Positions 49,367 to 62,654 of a stretch of 64,000 nucleotides of DNA are shown in pieces. Source of the DNA: Cirrosporium novae-zelandiae (taxonomy: Eukaryota); NCBI GenBank assembly GCA_026023565.1, contig JAPETS010000009.1:1-64000 (forward strand), written 5' to 3'. A program made the translations under genes and the position numbers. The first letter of the stretch is position 1, and the number at the start of each line of letters is the position of its first letter. The notes below the pieces were generated by a model, which did not search any database, was not told where the DNA came from, and saw only the letters and a list, made by a program, of their open reading frames with translations.

Positions 49367-50804
49367 TTAAAATCCATTCTCTCTATACATAGTCTCAATC
49401 AACTCATGCCTCTTCAATCCATACTCAAAATCCGGATACCACTCCCTTTTCTTCCCCTCCCCATCTATTCCAGCAGCAAAAGCCTCATAAACCTTCGCAA
49501 TATTCCTCGCCCTCAGCGGCAAATCCTCAAACTCATCTGCCCCCACATCCACCTCAACCACCTCCCCCTGATCCGCCTTCCAAATCTCCAGCCTAACATC
49601 CTCAGCCCCCACATTCAGCGACCACGTGCTATAACTCGTAATACGGAGTTCACCTCTGGAGCCAAAGATGCGCCAGTCGAGGGCGGGCATGCGGCCTCCT
49701 CCGTTCTGACGGGGCTTCGCGCCGGGGGAGATGGTGGCGGAGTTGTGCAGCTTGTATGTGAAGACGGCGCCGGAGTCCATGACAGCGTTGAAGACGATCT
49801 GGTTGGGGACGTCGTTTGGTTGGGACTGCGAGATCACTTCGCGGGTTGAAAGGTTGACGATGGAGACGGAAGGGTATTGGTTTACGAGGAGGGAGTGGTG
49901 CGATGATACTCCGCCTAGGACTTTTGGGGGTGGAACGAGGGGACAGAAGTTAGAAAGGGGAGTTCATCTGAAGGAAAAAAAGGGGGGGGAGGGGCAAGAG
50001 CAAAGTAGGAAAGCAATTCCTTCCTCCTTCTTCACTTACCTTCGGTAATAAATTCCATCCCATGCCCAAACGCAATCGTAAACATATTTCCCCCGACCTT
50101 CCTATCTACAAAATACCCAACATGGCTCGACACAGTCGCACCACCAGAATTCATCGCTACCATCGTACTACTCTCCACCCTCCCAATATCCCCACACTCA
50201 ATTATCGCCTTCGCTTTCTTCGCGATAGGAGAAAAGCCCCCCTGAAGCCCCACCACGTTTCTGACACGGTGGGCTTTTACTAGATCCGCTAGCTCCTTTG
50301 CTTTGGCGTAGTTTGCCTCGAGCGGCCATTCGACGAAGACGGCCTTACCGGATTTGATGCTGGGGATCAGGGAGCCCGCGTGCCGGTCGACGCGAATGCT
50401 GCTCACGACGAGATCGATGTCGGGGTCTGCGGCGAGGTCTGTGAGGTATTGCGTTTGTGTGTTTTAGCCAGCGTCTTGTCATGAAAGACCTTACTTAGGG
50501 ATCGTCGAGTAGACCTAATACATAGATCCAGCGAACCAAAAACCGCTCAATTTCACCTACCCTCAGGGTTCCCATAAGCCTTCACCTTCTCCGGATTCAA
50601 CCCATAAGCTTCTATCGATTTCCTAGCCCGCTCAGCCGAGCTATTCTGCAGAGCAACCAGTTCGTATTTGGAGGATGTTTGGAGGTATGGGAGGTGCGCG
50701 GATGCGGCCCAGTTTGTTCCTGTTGGAGTGCCGGTGTAGGGGGCGTTGAGACCTATTAGGGCTACGCGGATCTTGGGCTTAGGGGATGATGAGGAGGAGG
50801 CCAT
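49367..50804 (-). CDS. Gfo/Idh/MocA family oxidoreductase (Gal80-like), 3 exons
   Basis: Motifs IRVALIGL, WAASAHLPYL, DLAADPDIDLVV, GKAVFVEWPL, VVGLQG, TIAFGH, WRIFGSRGELRI and YPDFEYG. Confidence 0.9.
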
Positions 50805-51424
50805 TGGTTCGCTGGTTGTTAGAATGGAGGGGAGGGGTTAGGTCTTGGTTTCACTTGCTGTGAAAAACTGTGATAAGTATCGGATAGATAGAGCTATGAT
50901 GATGCAGGAGATATAAAAATAAAAACTCAAGGCTGGGGTAAAAGCAAAGCAAAGCAAAATAAGTATGTCTGTATATAAAAGAAGAGGATTGAATTGATTT
51001 ATTCAATTGACTTATATATCAAACCCTTGAAATCGTAAAAAGATTGACTACTTTTCAAATCCTTGGATTTGTAAGTATAGATATACTTGGTGGAACCCTG
51101 GCGCGCCTGGCTTATAAATTATCCATTGTTATCAATTGGAGATTAGAAATCAAAAAAAAGAAGAACACTAAATTTACCTAGTATCTAAGCCTAGATAAGT
51201 TCTACTAAAGGCGTCATTATCTTCCGAAATTTAACATCTTGGATTGGAGAAACATCCAAGCAAGTCTTCCATTCTAGAACAGCTTTTTTTTTCTCAAAAA
51301 AACAAAAAGAAAGAAAGAGAGTCAAGTCCTCGCCTCATCATCCACTCATTCATGCTCCCTCCTCTCTCCTATACCGGAACAATCTCTATATATACCACAA
51401 ACCAACATATTTTCAATTCTGAGG

Positions 51425-52107
51425 ATGGAAGGTTCCTGCAGCTGCGGCGCCATAACTGTGAAAATCAACGACCCGGAATTATTTTCTACTAGGAGAGGAC
51501 ATGTCTGCCATTGTGTGAGTTGCCGGAAAGCTTCTGGTTCGGGTACGCATGCGCTCTCTATCCACCATTTTACTTGAATCCCCCCCGGACTCCCTTATGC
51601 ATCGTCGATTCCTGTAATGTCCTTTTTTGTCTTTTCTCTTAATGTAATAAGCGTCATGGAGGGGGAAGGGAGGAGATGTAATATATGTTGAATGGTGGTG
51701 TTTACTAAAGTGATTGCAAATTAGCAATGATGACGCATCTCTTCATCGAGACCGAAAAGGTCGAGATCAAGGGAGAAGAGAATCTAGCTGTTTATAAGAA
51801 TACGAAAACGAAAAGCGGGACACCCGCATTCTGCTACTTTTGCAAAACATGTGGAAAGTACGTTCCCCCCCTTTTCCTCATCCATTGCCTTCATCCGTCT
51901 TGAACTTTGCTGAGGGGAAGATTTAGCCCAATCAAGAGCGTAACACCATTGTATGAGGGCAACACCATCCTAAAACTCGGTATCTTTGAGCGCATTCCAC
52001 AGCCTGAATCGGAGTCTTTCGTGGAAAAGAGACAGAAATGGTTACCCGCTTTAGAGGGCGCAACGCAGTTTAAGACTAACCTGGGAGGCGAGAAGATGAA
52101 TGCTTGA
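51425..52107 (+). CDS. GFA/CENP-V (Mss4-like) zinc-binding protein, 3 exons
   Basis: Spliced translation MEGSCSCGAIT...HVCHCVSCRKASGS / ...YFCKTCGN / PIKS...QKWLP. Introns 51543-51724 and 51858-51926. Confidence 0.88.
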
Positions 52108-53358
52108 AGGGAGGAAGGTTTCGGATTGTATACTTCTCGAGTAAGATCACAGTGCTAATGCATTTTGAGGTGTGAGCTTCAAGTAAAACATACAAATAGA
52201 AGTCTCTGATAAAAGATAATCCATGGCTTTAATGGACTAACATTTCCTTCTTCTTTGAAGTAAAGTTAGTTGATCTTGACTAGTTAACCAGTGTCATATG
52301 GGAAATGCTAGCGGGAGAGAGAGCTCGGCAGTGCCAGGGTGTGTAGCCAAAGACTTGATGCATTTCAGCTTCATTCTCCGCCTAAGTGAGGTCAACAGCG
52401 TCACACTTAGCTGAATCTCACCACCTGCCGTTGGTCGTACTTCGAATTAAGCTCAAGGTCGCACAAAAACGCCACAATAGTACGGTACCGCTTCTATGTG
52501 TGATGTTAGGGACTTTGGTGAAATATCCGAGGGAAAGAGATGATTATGATCATGATTTGAGACAAATATCTAGACAGTGTTAACAATGCCGAGAATCAAG
52601 GTCCTATGAGGCGTAAATCTAGGGGTATGACTGGTGTGGGGTATTGATGCTGTTAAGGTCTGGAATCTAAGATGCGGAGTTGCTTCTAAGACATGGCTAG
52701 TGCCAAGATCCTCGTTTGCGACCTCTAAACGCTATTCGGTGCCATGGCTGTCATCTGTAACCGTCTGTGGCTCTGCGTCATAGATAGGTTGTAGGGTGAA
52801 TGGTGCAATTATTGGGTCTGTCTGTGCTGAGGTGTTTTGTAAAATTCAAAGGTCTAGCATTTGTAAACACGGCGTAAAGTAAATTCATGCCGATATCTTA
52901 TCAGATCCACAACCTCGGCCCGGTTCATGGTGGGGGTATTTCCGGTTTATTTCCTTTCTGTCGTGATCCCCCTCAACGGTTCTCGGATGTACCCACGCTA
53001 ATAGAGTGTAAAACAGCGGTTGCAGAATTATGAATTTTAGCGTGATGTAAGGCCATGTGGTGTGGTCCGGTTAAATCGTATTCGTATTAGAGATGATGTC
53101 AGGCATGAAAAAGTACGAGATGTGGGTATATTCTCGGATCAATCTGTTTCTGTGGTGGGAGAAACACAGTGCTACTGAGTAGATATTTGAAAGAGAGAAG
53201 GAATATTAATTCGGCCGTGATATGGTATCTTTCATTAATATATACATCTAACATATTTTCTTTCTTTATCATGAATCAGAGTTAGAACCAGTCACCCTTT
53301 CCAGAGGGGAATATTCTATCCAAACCTGTACATGTCATCCCCTCTATGAAAACCTCCT

Positions 53359-55948
53359 TTACAATCCGCTCCACCAGGTTGTCTTCTCAACCTTGAATTG
53401 ACCCTTTAGTGGCATATTAGCACTGGAATTGCCTATGTGAACTTCGTAAGCGCCCTCTTCGCTCTTCCATTGGTTGCGAACCTCATCCCAGAAGCTAGTC
53501 GCGTATTTAATGGGTATTTGAACTTTGGCGGTAGTATTGCCACCCTTGGGTACTTTCACCTTTGCGAAGCCTTTTAGTTCTTTGACAGCGCGTCCAACAG
53601 ATGGAGAGACCTGGGATACGTATACCTGCACAACTTCTTTACCATCACAAGAGCCGGTGTTAGTGACGTCGACCGTTACATCCAACGTTTCACCTTCTGT
53701 CTTGACGACAGGATTGGAGAGGGAGAATGCGGTATAGGAGAGGCCATGACCGAATGGAAATAGAACCTCTGTTTCCGTTTTCTCGTAGTATCGGTATCCG
53801 ACATACACATCCTCGCCATATAGCACGCGTCCGTTCTCAGACCGGAAGTGGAGATAAGCAGGATTATCCTGTACCCGCTTGGGCCATGAGAGAGAGAGCT
53901 TCCCATTGGGGTTTACGTCTCCGAATAATACATCTGCAATAGCATTGCCGCCCTCATTTCCACCATACCAGGCGTGTACGAGAGCCTTGACTTTGGAGGC
54001 CCAAGGCATGGTCACAGGAGTACCAGATTGCATGACCACAGCGGCGTTGGGGTTTGTGGCGAGTACCCCGGCTATTAAATCGTCGTTGTATACGGGTAGA
54101 TCCATGTTACAGCGATCATGACCCTCGGACTCCCAGTCCCCATTTAGACCCGCGATCACGACAACCTGATCGACTTCACTTGCAAGCTTAGCCGCCTTGG
54201 CAATCGCTTCCTTTGGATCCATACGAGCGCGACCACCGAGGCGGAAACCACCTTTGCCGAAGTTGGTGGTGCCGTGGACTTTGACTGTGGATGTGGGCGC
54301 TGAACCGAAGTCTACGAGAAGTTTATAACTCTGGCCTTTTTTAAGGTCGATAGAGCCAACCACTTCCCCGGTACCAGCTCCAAAGAAAGAGTCGCCCGCC
54401 TTTTGCGTCGTTGCATTATCGACGACAAGTTTGTCGTCAACAAAAAGCTTGGCTGTGCCTTGCACACTCAGACCAAAGTCCCAGGTGCCATCTTCTTCAG
54501 GAGTCAGGAGGCCTTCGATGCTGGCATAGAAGAGGTGGGATTCTATGGTAATGTAATCCACTAAGAAAAGGTATGTGTCCTTGAGGGAGAGTTCATCGAC
54601 ACATTTGCGGTCAAGGTTGGAAGATGGTTCTAGGTATGCGCGGAATGTCACACCTGGTTTGCCGTCGGCAGTTTTCAGACTTCGACCAAGGAGAGGCAGT
54701 TCTTTGTTTGCATAGGCGCCTTGCTCGAATTTCACATCTGAGCACTTTGCGGTGATACCTTCAAAGGGAGAAACAGCGTAGTAGGGGAGAAGAGAGGCGC
54801 TACCTCCACCGCAGAAGACGGCGGTTTTGGCATTGGGGCCGATGACAGCGATAGTTTTATTTTTGGAAAAAGGTAGGATTTTGTCTTCGTTTTTCATGAG
54901 AACTATTGTGTCTGCAGCTACAGAGCGCATGAGGACTTGGTCTTCGGGAGCGTTGCGGGTGCCTTCAATGGCATTTTTCGGGATGCCAGCTTTGCTGGCG
55001 CGGTTAACGAAACTGAGGACATTATGCACTCGCTTGTCAAGGACATGCATGGAGACTTTGTTACAGGTTATAGAATGTTCTAGGGTGCTAGTTCTCCATC
55101 GGGTTGGACCAGGCATTTCGAGATCTAGACCTGCTAGGATAGCGTTGCTGGTGGTGTAGGTACCAAACCTTGACATGATCAGCTAGGATTCGGCACCAAG
55201 TTGAATACTGTGATATTTACCAATCGCTCATGACAAGCCCGTCAAATCCCCATTCCTTGCGCAGGATTTCATCCAGAAGCTTGGGGTTTTCACTGCAATG
55301 AGTGCCGTTCAGCTTGTTGTAGGCCGTCATAAAGGCTGCTGGTTTCGCATCCCTCATAGCAAGCATAAATGGAAGAAGGTATATTTCTCGCAACGCGCGA
55401 TCTGTGACAATGCTGTTCACACCCATCCGCTCATGCTCCTGATCATTAGTCACGAAGTGTTTAATTGTAGCCATAATATTTTCATCCTGTATTCCGTTGA
55501 CTACTGCTGCAGCCATTAACCCAGCAAGAACAGGGTCTTCTGAGAAGGACTCAAACCCACGCCCTCCCAAAGGTGAGCGTTGGATATTGACCGTGGGGCC
55601 AAGGATCGCATGAACAGCCTTGGCCTTGGCTTCCAGCGCCATGAGCTTTCCTACCTCACGTAGAAGTTCGACATCCCATGTTGCAGCAAGACCTGTACCA
55701 CATGGAAAACATGCAGAAGGAATACCGTTGAAAAAACGTGTACCACGGACGCCATTGGGACCATCTGAGACACGAATGGAGGGTATATCAAGGCGAGGTA
55801 CAGGGACAGTGTGCCAGAAATCAATTCCTATTCATATAAGCACTCGAATAGCTTGTACGAGCACGGGGCAAATAATACCTGCGGTCAGAGCGACCTTTTC
55901 TGTCAGGGTTAGTTTTTGGAGAAGAGCTTCAACGTCAAGAGTAGCCAT
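53359..55948 (-). CDS. GH3 beta-glucosidase with PA14 and Fn3-like domains, intracellular
   Basis: ATG 55948 ([10 protein letters not shown]). Motifs [35 protein letters not shown] (nucleophile), [25 protein letters not shown] and KELKGF. No signal peptide. Confidence 0.96.
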
Positions 55949-56221
55949 GATGGAGTGAATTGAAACTTCATTCGAACCGAAGTTGGAGATAATAAAGTGT
56001 GGCTGCGGTCCACTATAGGCTATATAAGCTCCATCTCAGCTCTACCCACCAGGGTGATTTATCCTGGGCGTTGACCGGGAGAATTTCGGGTCTGTCAAAT
56101 GGTAAGAGAGGTACATTTCGGAACATTTGTTGGTTCTATCAGCTGTCCCCATATCTCGGGAGGGCGGATGAAAGGACCGAAGAAAGGTAGGAAGAGAAGT
56201 GAACTCCAACATAATGATTGA

Positions 56222-56235
56222 CGGAATGCGGACCG
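56222..56235. promoter_or_regulatory. CGG-N8-CCG inverted triplet (ClrB/ManR-type Zn2Cys6 site) upstream of the GH3 gene
   Basis: CGG AATGCGGA CCG, ~275 bp upstream of the GH3 ATG. A CGG-N9-CCG lies at 56165-56179. Confidence 0.35.
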
Positions 56236-56685
56236 TCCATGTGTGTGCATGTCAAAGTACCAAAATATAATGCAAAGTGGGCCGAGGCCAGGGGAATAAG
56301 TAGAAACTATGCGTAATCGATAACTACCGGCCTCAAAGCTTGTCGGCAAAACTTCGGTGAATACCTGGACTCTCCTCGGACTGGTAGGAAATCTGTGTGG
56401 GATTTCTATACTTGATACCAGTTATCAGCTCAACTCCCATAATTTTGCCGTAAGGTAGGCTAGTAGGCACCTAAGGCCAAGTAAATAAAAAATAAAGAAT
56501 ACCTCTGTCGAGTAGTTGGTGTGTAGCTCCAGTGGATTTGATTCAGCCAGGATCAATCTGTAATTTAACCGGTATTTTCCATCTCTGTTATCGCTTAATC
56601 TGTTTGGCCAGTAATTATGGTAACCCGCGGAAAATCCATCAGGAAGTTAAACTAAATACAGCTAAAATGGAATAGACGTAAAGTC

Positions 56686-56733
56686 ACCCAGACTACCATC
56701 CCCAGACTTCCAACCCCAGACTTCCAGCCCCAC
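56686..56733. promoter_or_regulatory. 14-bp tandem repeat carrying three CreA-type sites
   Basis: ACCCAGACTACCAT/CCCCAGACTTCCAA/CCCCAGACTTCCAG/CCCCAC. CCCCAG and CCCCAC are SYGGRG on the minus strand. Confidence 0.45.
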
Positions 56734-56942
56734 ACTGGGTTTCCCTTGGAATTCCTCCACAACCTTAATCCCTAATTAATTCCGCTTCATTAGCCTACAG
56801 TCTGTGCTTTATCCTTTGCCACAAGCACAGGTACTATGTATTCGTTGAAAATCCTTCTCACTGCATCCTTACTACAAGTCACCATTAAGTATTTCTACTT
56901 TTCCCCCACTCTATTTTCTATCCTAGCTACAATCCATGTCTC

Positions 56943-58733
56943 TCAAAAATCCGATTCATCTTCTTCCAACGAATAAACCTCACATTCTGCAATCATCGTT
57001 TTCGCTGGAATCGTCACGCAAATCGGGAACCCTCCATAATCTGGCTCCTCGTTTGGCATCATAGCAAATATCCCGCTCCGAGTTTCGTCCCCATTCAGTA
57101 CTCTTAACGTCTTCAACTCTCCATTCTCTCCTACAACCTCCTTTTCTACGAACCGCAGAATCCCTGTGAATGTGGATTTCGAAGATACCGACTTGAATAG
57201 CGCCTGGAATCCCCATCCTATAAGAAGAAATGTGGAAGGAGGCGTGAAAATTACCATTCCAGCCCCTGTACCAGGCTTTCCAAATACAAAACATCGTTCA
57301 ATTGTTACATCCCAATCACCGAATCGAGTCGTCGTTGGCGGTGTGGGATCACGCCCACTTGGGGTAAATTCATCAAAATAGAAACCCATCGAAGAATTTG
57401 GAGTCCGCTGAGCTTCTAGAACGAGAGGAGTAATGGACTTGAGCAAGCCGTAGTGTTTGGTGAAGGGGTTCGTAGAGGGTGTGAGGGTATCGATACCAAA
57501 AGGAGCGGTGCCCATGGCCTGGTACGAAGCATAAGCTGGCCAAATACGACGGACTCCATTCTCGTCACGACGTTGCTCGGGGATGAAAAGGGGTTGGTTC
57601 CGATGACGATATTTTTTACATGAGGTCACGTAGTCGTTTAGATATACGTCTGGTGCAATGAAATCAAGGGAAGTGCAGAACTCCATCCAGACATCAAGCA
57701 CCGGGGCACATGCACCCCCAGATGGATAAACACCTGGCTCTCCTCCACCTCCAGCTACCACCGGTACTTCAAATGGTAACTCATCCACAGCAACTTGGTC
57801 CAGGTCAGCCATGTTCTGCCAAACATTGGTATAAAGAGGAATGGGATATTCCTTTTTTCCAGCGGCTGCAACTTCTTTGACATAAAGAGCGTAATGATAG
57901 GCCATGAAAAGCTCGTCTGTATGTTGATTTTTACCAAAAACGGCTTCCCATGATCCCTGCTTGGGACCTTGTTTGAAAACTTCAAGATTGGCTTTCGCAT
58001 CAGGAAGCAAGTTATCGAAGTCTTTGGAGAGAAACGAGATCAGGTCTGCAGGAACAGGTTCGGAGAACCTTTTGTTTGCTGCAGCACTTCCATCTCTCGA
58101 ATCTCCCTGCAAGCCGATTTCGTTCTCTACTTGTACCATGAGAACTGTAGAGTATTCTTCATCCACCTCTTTTAGATATCGAAGCAACATCGCAAATGCT
58201 TTTGCGTCGGCCTTTTGCCCTTCTGTGTGGAAAATCGATAGAACTTCGGTTGTTTCCAAGACGCCACCGGCCTTCCGGAGGTGAGCCCTCGGAAAACGTT
58301 TATGATCTTTTTTGACCCAACCAGGACAGTATGTTGACATGCCTATTCGAAAGGTTAGTTTCTACCCGGTGAAGCTTGACTAAGTCAGAGAGATGTACTC
58401 ATAATCTATTGGCTTACCATTCTTAAAAGAGCCAAACCAGAGTAGAACAAGATGTAATCCATAAGATCTTGCATCTTTTATGATCTGATCCAATTCGCTG
58501 AAATCGAATTTGCCCTCCTCGGGCTCCAGCATTTCCCATGTCACACACCCTAATAAAGTATTGACATTGGTGTCAACCATATCCTGCCACACCGTCTTCA
58601 TGAATTTGGCAGAAGTCATGGAGGAATTCTGTAATTCACCAGCAAGTAGAAGGAAAGGTTCGCCATGGACAATGAGCTGGTGAGAAACCGGTGTCTTCCT
58701 CAAATGAGGGATCTTGGGAAAAGTGGAAGCCAT
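56943..58733 (-). CDS. GH35-like beta-galactosidase (bacterial-type, DUF5597 C-terminus), intracellular, 1 intron
   Basis: ATG 58733 (MASTFPKIPHLR). Motifs LLAGELQNSS, WEMLEPEEGKFDF, LLWFGSFKNG, MVQVENE (acid/base), YPSGG, APDVY, LFIPE (nucleophile), PFGID and LNGDET. Confidence 0.92.
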
Positions 58734-59911
58734 TCCGAAGAGTGTTGGAAGTGTGCAAGCTGGGGGGAGCATCCACAAAGCTATCCGGCTCAGTCATTTC
58801 ATATACCGTACATCTGGCAAGCGGATTATTTCTCTGTATTCACGTCAGTGGTCATATCACCAATGCATTCAGATCCGAGGTATGGTCTCGGTATACCGCG
58901 TGGAGAAGACGGCGATAATTAGTTGGTAAGATGTTGAGTATTCATTCAGTGACTATCGAGTGCCGAAGTTTTGCCGTTAAGCTATTGAATTCTACTATGT
59001 ACTCCATTGCAACAGATATCTGGGTGTTGATGTACTTTCGAAAGTATCTAGGCCCATGATTTGTGGATTGATCCTTGAACAAAAATCATAACTGGCAGCT
59101 GTCAATGGAGCTGCGGACCGCAGAGCCGACAAACAGGGCTGGGGGTTCGTTTCTCGGAGTCGAATGACTCGCCTTATCCGCTTAGTCCCCATCATCTCCT
59201 CCACTTTCCCCAGGATTATTGACTCGCCATCTTATCAAAATAATCTACCGAAGAATTGCCGTCGCCTACCTTCCCCATTCCCAAACGCCTCTTTTTTTAA
59301 TCAAAAGACAGTCTAGTCAAGCTAACTGGTGGTCAAAGAGGCTTGATGGCTTGATAGATCAAAATCCCAATACTCTGGGTGCTTGGATAAATCCCAGGAT
59401 CTTTTTCTTTCGCTTATTTCCAGGGTCTATAATTTAGCCACAAGCGCCCAGGGGTGAAGACCACCCAGGGCTCTCGCTAATGTCTTGTGTCTACGGGGAA
59501 CTCCCCTCTTGTATGAATTTATATCTGGAGACCCCACGATTACCACGTAAATCGTTGAAACTAGTATCCGCTTCTCTCCACAGAGCATTACACTCATCAC
59601 CTCATCCGACCTTTTCCACATGTTTTCTTGCTCAGAAATCCTTGTTGCAGTTAGATCATATATTCAAGATTTCACTGTAGACCACCCTCCAGATCTTGAT
59701 CTTTAGCCGAAGATGTCGAATTTGTGGTTAGCCATGCCGTCGCGGAAATGCTTGATCAAGAGATAATATCATCTCTTATTGATATAAAATGATAACGCTT
59801 CCCTTGAGATGATCTCTCTTGGCTCGAACCTGGTTCCCCTATCGTTCCCCTATCAAGATACTGTCCAAAAAGTTCCCTCTCACAGCTATCCTTCTCAACC
59901 CTATCAACAAA

Positions 59912-61850
59912 ATGGGGGCAGAATTTGAGAAAACTGAAACCGAAGTCCCTCTAAGGGACTCCAAACCCAATGGGCTGATGAATACCAACCTCGTCGACAT
60001 CCCGGAGGTGACATGGTGGAAGGATCCCGGCTTAAGGACCCTTTACCTCATGATGCCCATTCTCTTCCTTGGTTCAACAATGCAAGGTTACGATGGCAGT
60101 CTCCTCAATGGTTTACAGTCATCAGATCAATGGCAATCATGTATGTGAGGATTTGGGATAATGATCTAATCGTGCAAGCTGACTTAATTGAGACTTCAAT
60201 TATCCCAATGGTTCTGAACTTGGTCTTCTAAGTGCCATTATGGGCTTTGGTGGTTTCGTGGCATTCTTCTTCTGTAAGTGCTCGAAATTCAGTGACGTCA
60301 AAAGCCGTCCCTAACAGATTATGTGTCCAGCCGCCCCCATGGCAGACTTTCTTGGCAGAAGGCTTACTGTGGTTATCGGTGTTGTCATCCTATGCGCTGG
60401 AGTCATCATCCAAGGTAAAAGAATATCTATTAGCGTTGTTAGCAATCGTACTAACATGTTATAAGTCGTTGGCGATGTTTCCACCGGAAGATTCATGGGA
60501 GGAAGATTCTTGATGGGTACTGGGTAGGAATCTCGACTTTAAAACTCGTCAAAGAAGTGAACTAACTATGATAGTACAAATCTTGCATCAGGGTCTGCGC
60601 CGTTACTGGTGGTAGAACTTGCTCATCCAAATCATCGAGGTATACTTGCCACGATGTACAATGGTTTGTGGTACCTCGGTGCCATTGTTTCATCTTGGAC
60701 CGTCTTCGGTACCATCAAATACGAAGGCGAAATTGCCTGGCGCCTGCCTGTTGCCCTCCAAGTCTTGATGCCTGTAATTCTTGCACTTTTCGTATATGTT
60801 TTCCCTGAAAGTCCTCGTTGGTTATGCTCCAAGGATCGTCCGGATGAGGCGTTCCAGATCCTTGCCAAGGTTGATCTCCCTTCCTTAAATGGTTTAGGAT
60901 ATATCTAAAAGATATCAGTATCACGCAAACGGCAACGTCGACGATGAATTCGTGCAAAAGGAATTCTACGAAATTCAAGAAGCCATTCGCATGGAAAAGG
61001 AGAACTCTAGTGCAAGCTGGATGGCCCTCCTTCGAACACCCGGCAATCGCAAGCGAACGCTACTCGTTGTCCTCACCTCAGTTTTTTCACAATGCTGCGG
61101 GAACTCTCTTGTATCTTACTATATTTCCAAGATCTTGAACTCGGTCGGCATTACTACTTCGTATGATCAAACCTTAATTAACGGCTGTCTCACAATATGG
61201 TGTTTCCTCGATGCCGTCGGCTGCTCCCTGCTCGTCGATAAAGTTGGTCGCAAGAAGCTATTCATGGGCGCCGCCGTGGGAATGTTGATTTCCTTCAGTA
61301 TCTGGACCGGGTAAGCCTATCTATTCATCCCATATCATCTACATTTCTTCAACCCTTCAGCATACTACACTCTTGCTAACCGAATCCCACACTAAGTTGT
61401 TCTGCCGCATACGCCGAAACCGGAGACAAAGGCGCCGGATCTGCCGTCATTGCCATGATTTTCATCTTCTACGGAGCCTCCGGTCTCGCCTTCCCCGGCC
61501 TCACTGTCTCCTACTGCACGGAAATCATGCCATACAACCTCCGAGCTAAGGGTCTTGCCCTCTCAATCTTCGTCCAAGGTCTCGCCGGTATCTTCAACGT
61601 CTACGTCAACCCCATCGGCCTCGAGAACATCCAATGGAAATTCTACTTCGTGTACATAGTTGTTCTGGTCATCTTCGTCATCTGCGTCAAGTTTTTGTAT
61701 GTGGAGACCAAGGGAACGACGCTCGAAGAGATCGCGAGGCTATTCGATGGTGACGGGGCTCTCGTACCGGATATTGAGAGTAAGGCGGCAATGGCTGAGC
61801 AGGAAGAAGTCGAGCATGAGGAGCACGTTGTTTCTGCAAAGGTAAGTTAA
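59912..61850 (+). CDS. MFS sugar porter, lactose/cellodextrin permease-like (multi-exon)
   Basis: ATG 59912. Motifs WWKDPGLRTLY, GYDGSLLNGLQ, ELAHPNHRG, PESPRWL, SQCCGNSLVSYY, VDKVGRK, EIMPYNLRAKG and ETKGTTLEEI. Confidence 0.93.
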
Positions 61851-62654
61851 TCGGATGACGACGATGATGTGTGACATGATATAAGAAACAAGCCCATGAC
61901 GCAGGTTCCGCTTGATCGCTCAAGAAGACACCAGCTTTTTAACACATACCCCCGGGGCTTATATAATTCGTTTCTATCTTGGAAGTCAAGTCGAGTTCAG
62001 ATGGATAAACTAGGTTCTTTCTTTTTTTCTCGTCTGTTTAGGGAGAGAAAAGAAAGAGGGAAACTTGTGGATATCTCATGTATATAACTTGCAACTTAAT
62101 ACCCTTATTCGAAATATAATTCCTACCTAGCTGGGTTTATACCAACTTGACTTTTCGTACATGCTTGTTCGTGTACTTCTTAGGCGTGTAAGCAAATATT
62201 GGCTAGAATACTGAAGTAGTTGAGATGTCTTGGGGTTTACTGTGTCCTGTATTATCTTTGCATGTCAGGAATCTGGATGGTGTAGGACTGTAAATTTAAA
62301 TTCCCGAGGATAAGAAAAATTTTACCGTCTATTAATTTTTGGTCGGTTGTTTTAGCTGCTGCTTGATTTGATAAGCTCTTGACGCTTCTGTCATCTTACT
62401 TCTTTGGGATTGTCCATAAAATAATCCGTTGACGCATTTTCATTCGTTTCATATCATCATTATTAACAGTAGCCCGGAATTTTCCAAAAGGGTTGTGGAA
62501 TATTCAATCTATCAGTCACGCAGTTTGGAACGCCTTATCGCGTATATCTCTTATTTCCCTTGACAAAAATCACCAACTCAGGATCATAAGTTGTAGCTGA
62601 AAGTTCTTCTCGACCTGAGCATACACGCGCAATTTACTTAAATTAGTAGTATCT

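Noticed and set aside
40895..52107. ALDH, oxidoreductase and GFA genes as one catabolic or secondary-metabolite cluster
   Set aside because: Separated by unrelated genes, with no backbone enzyme, regulator or shared motif.
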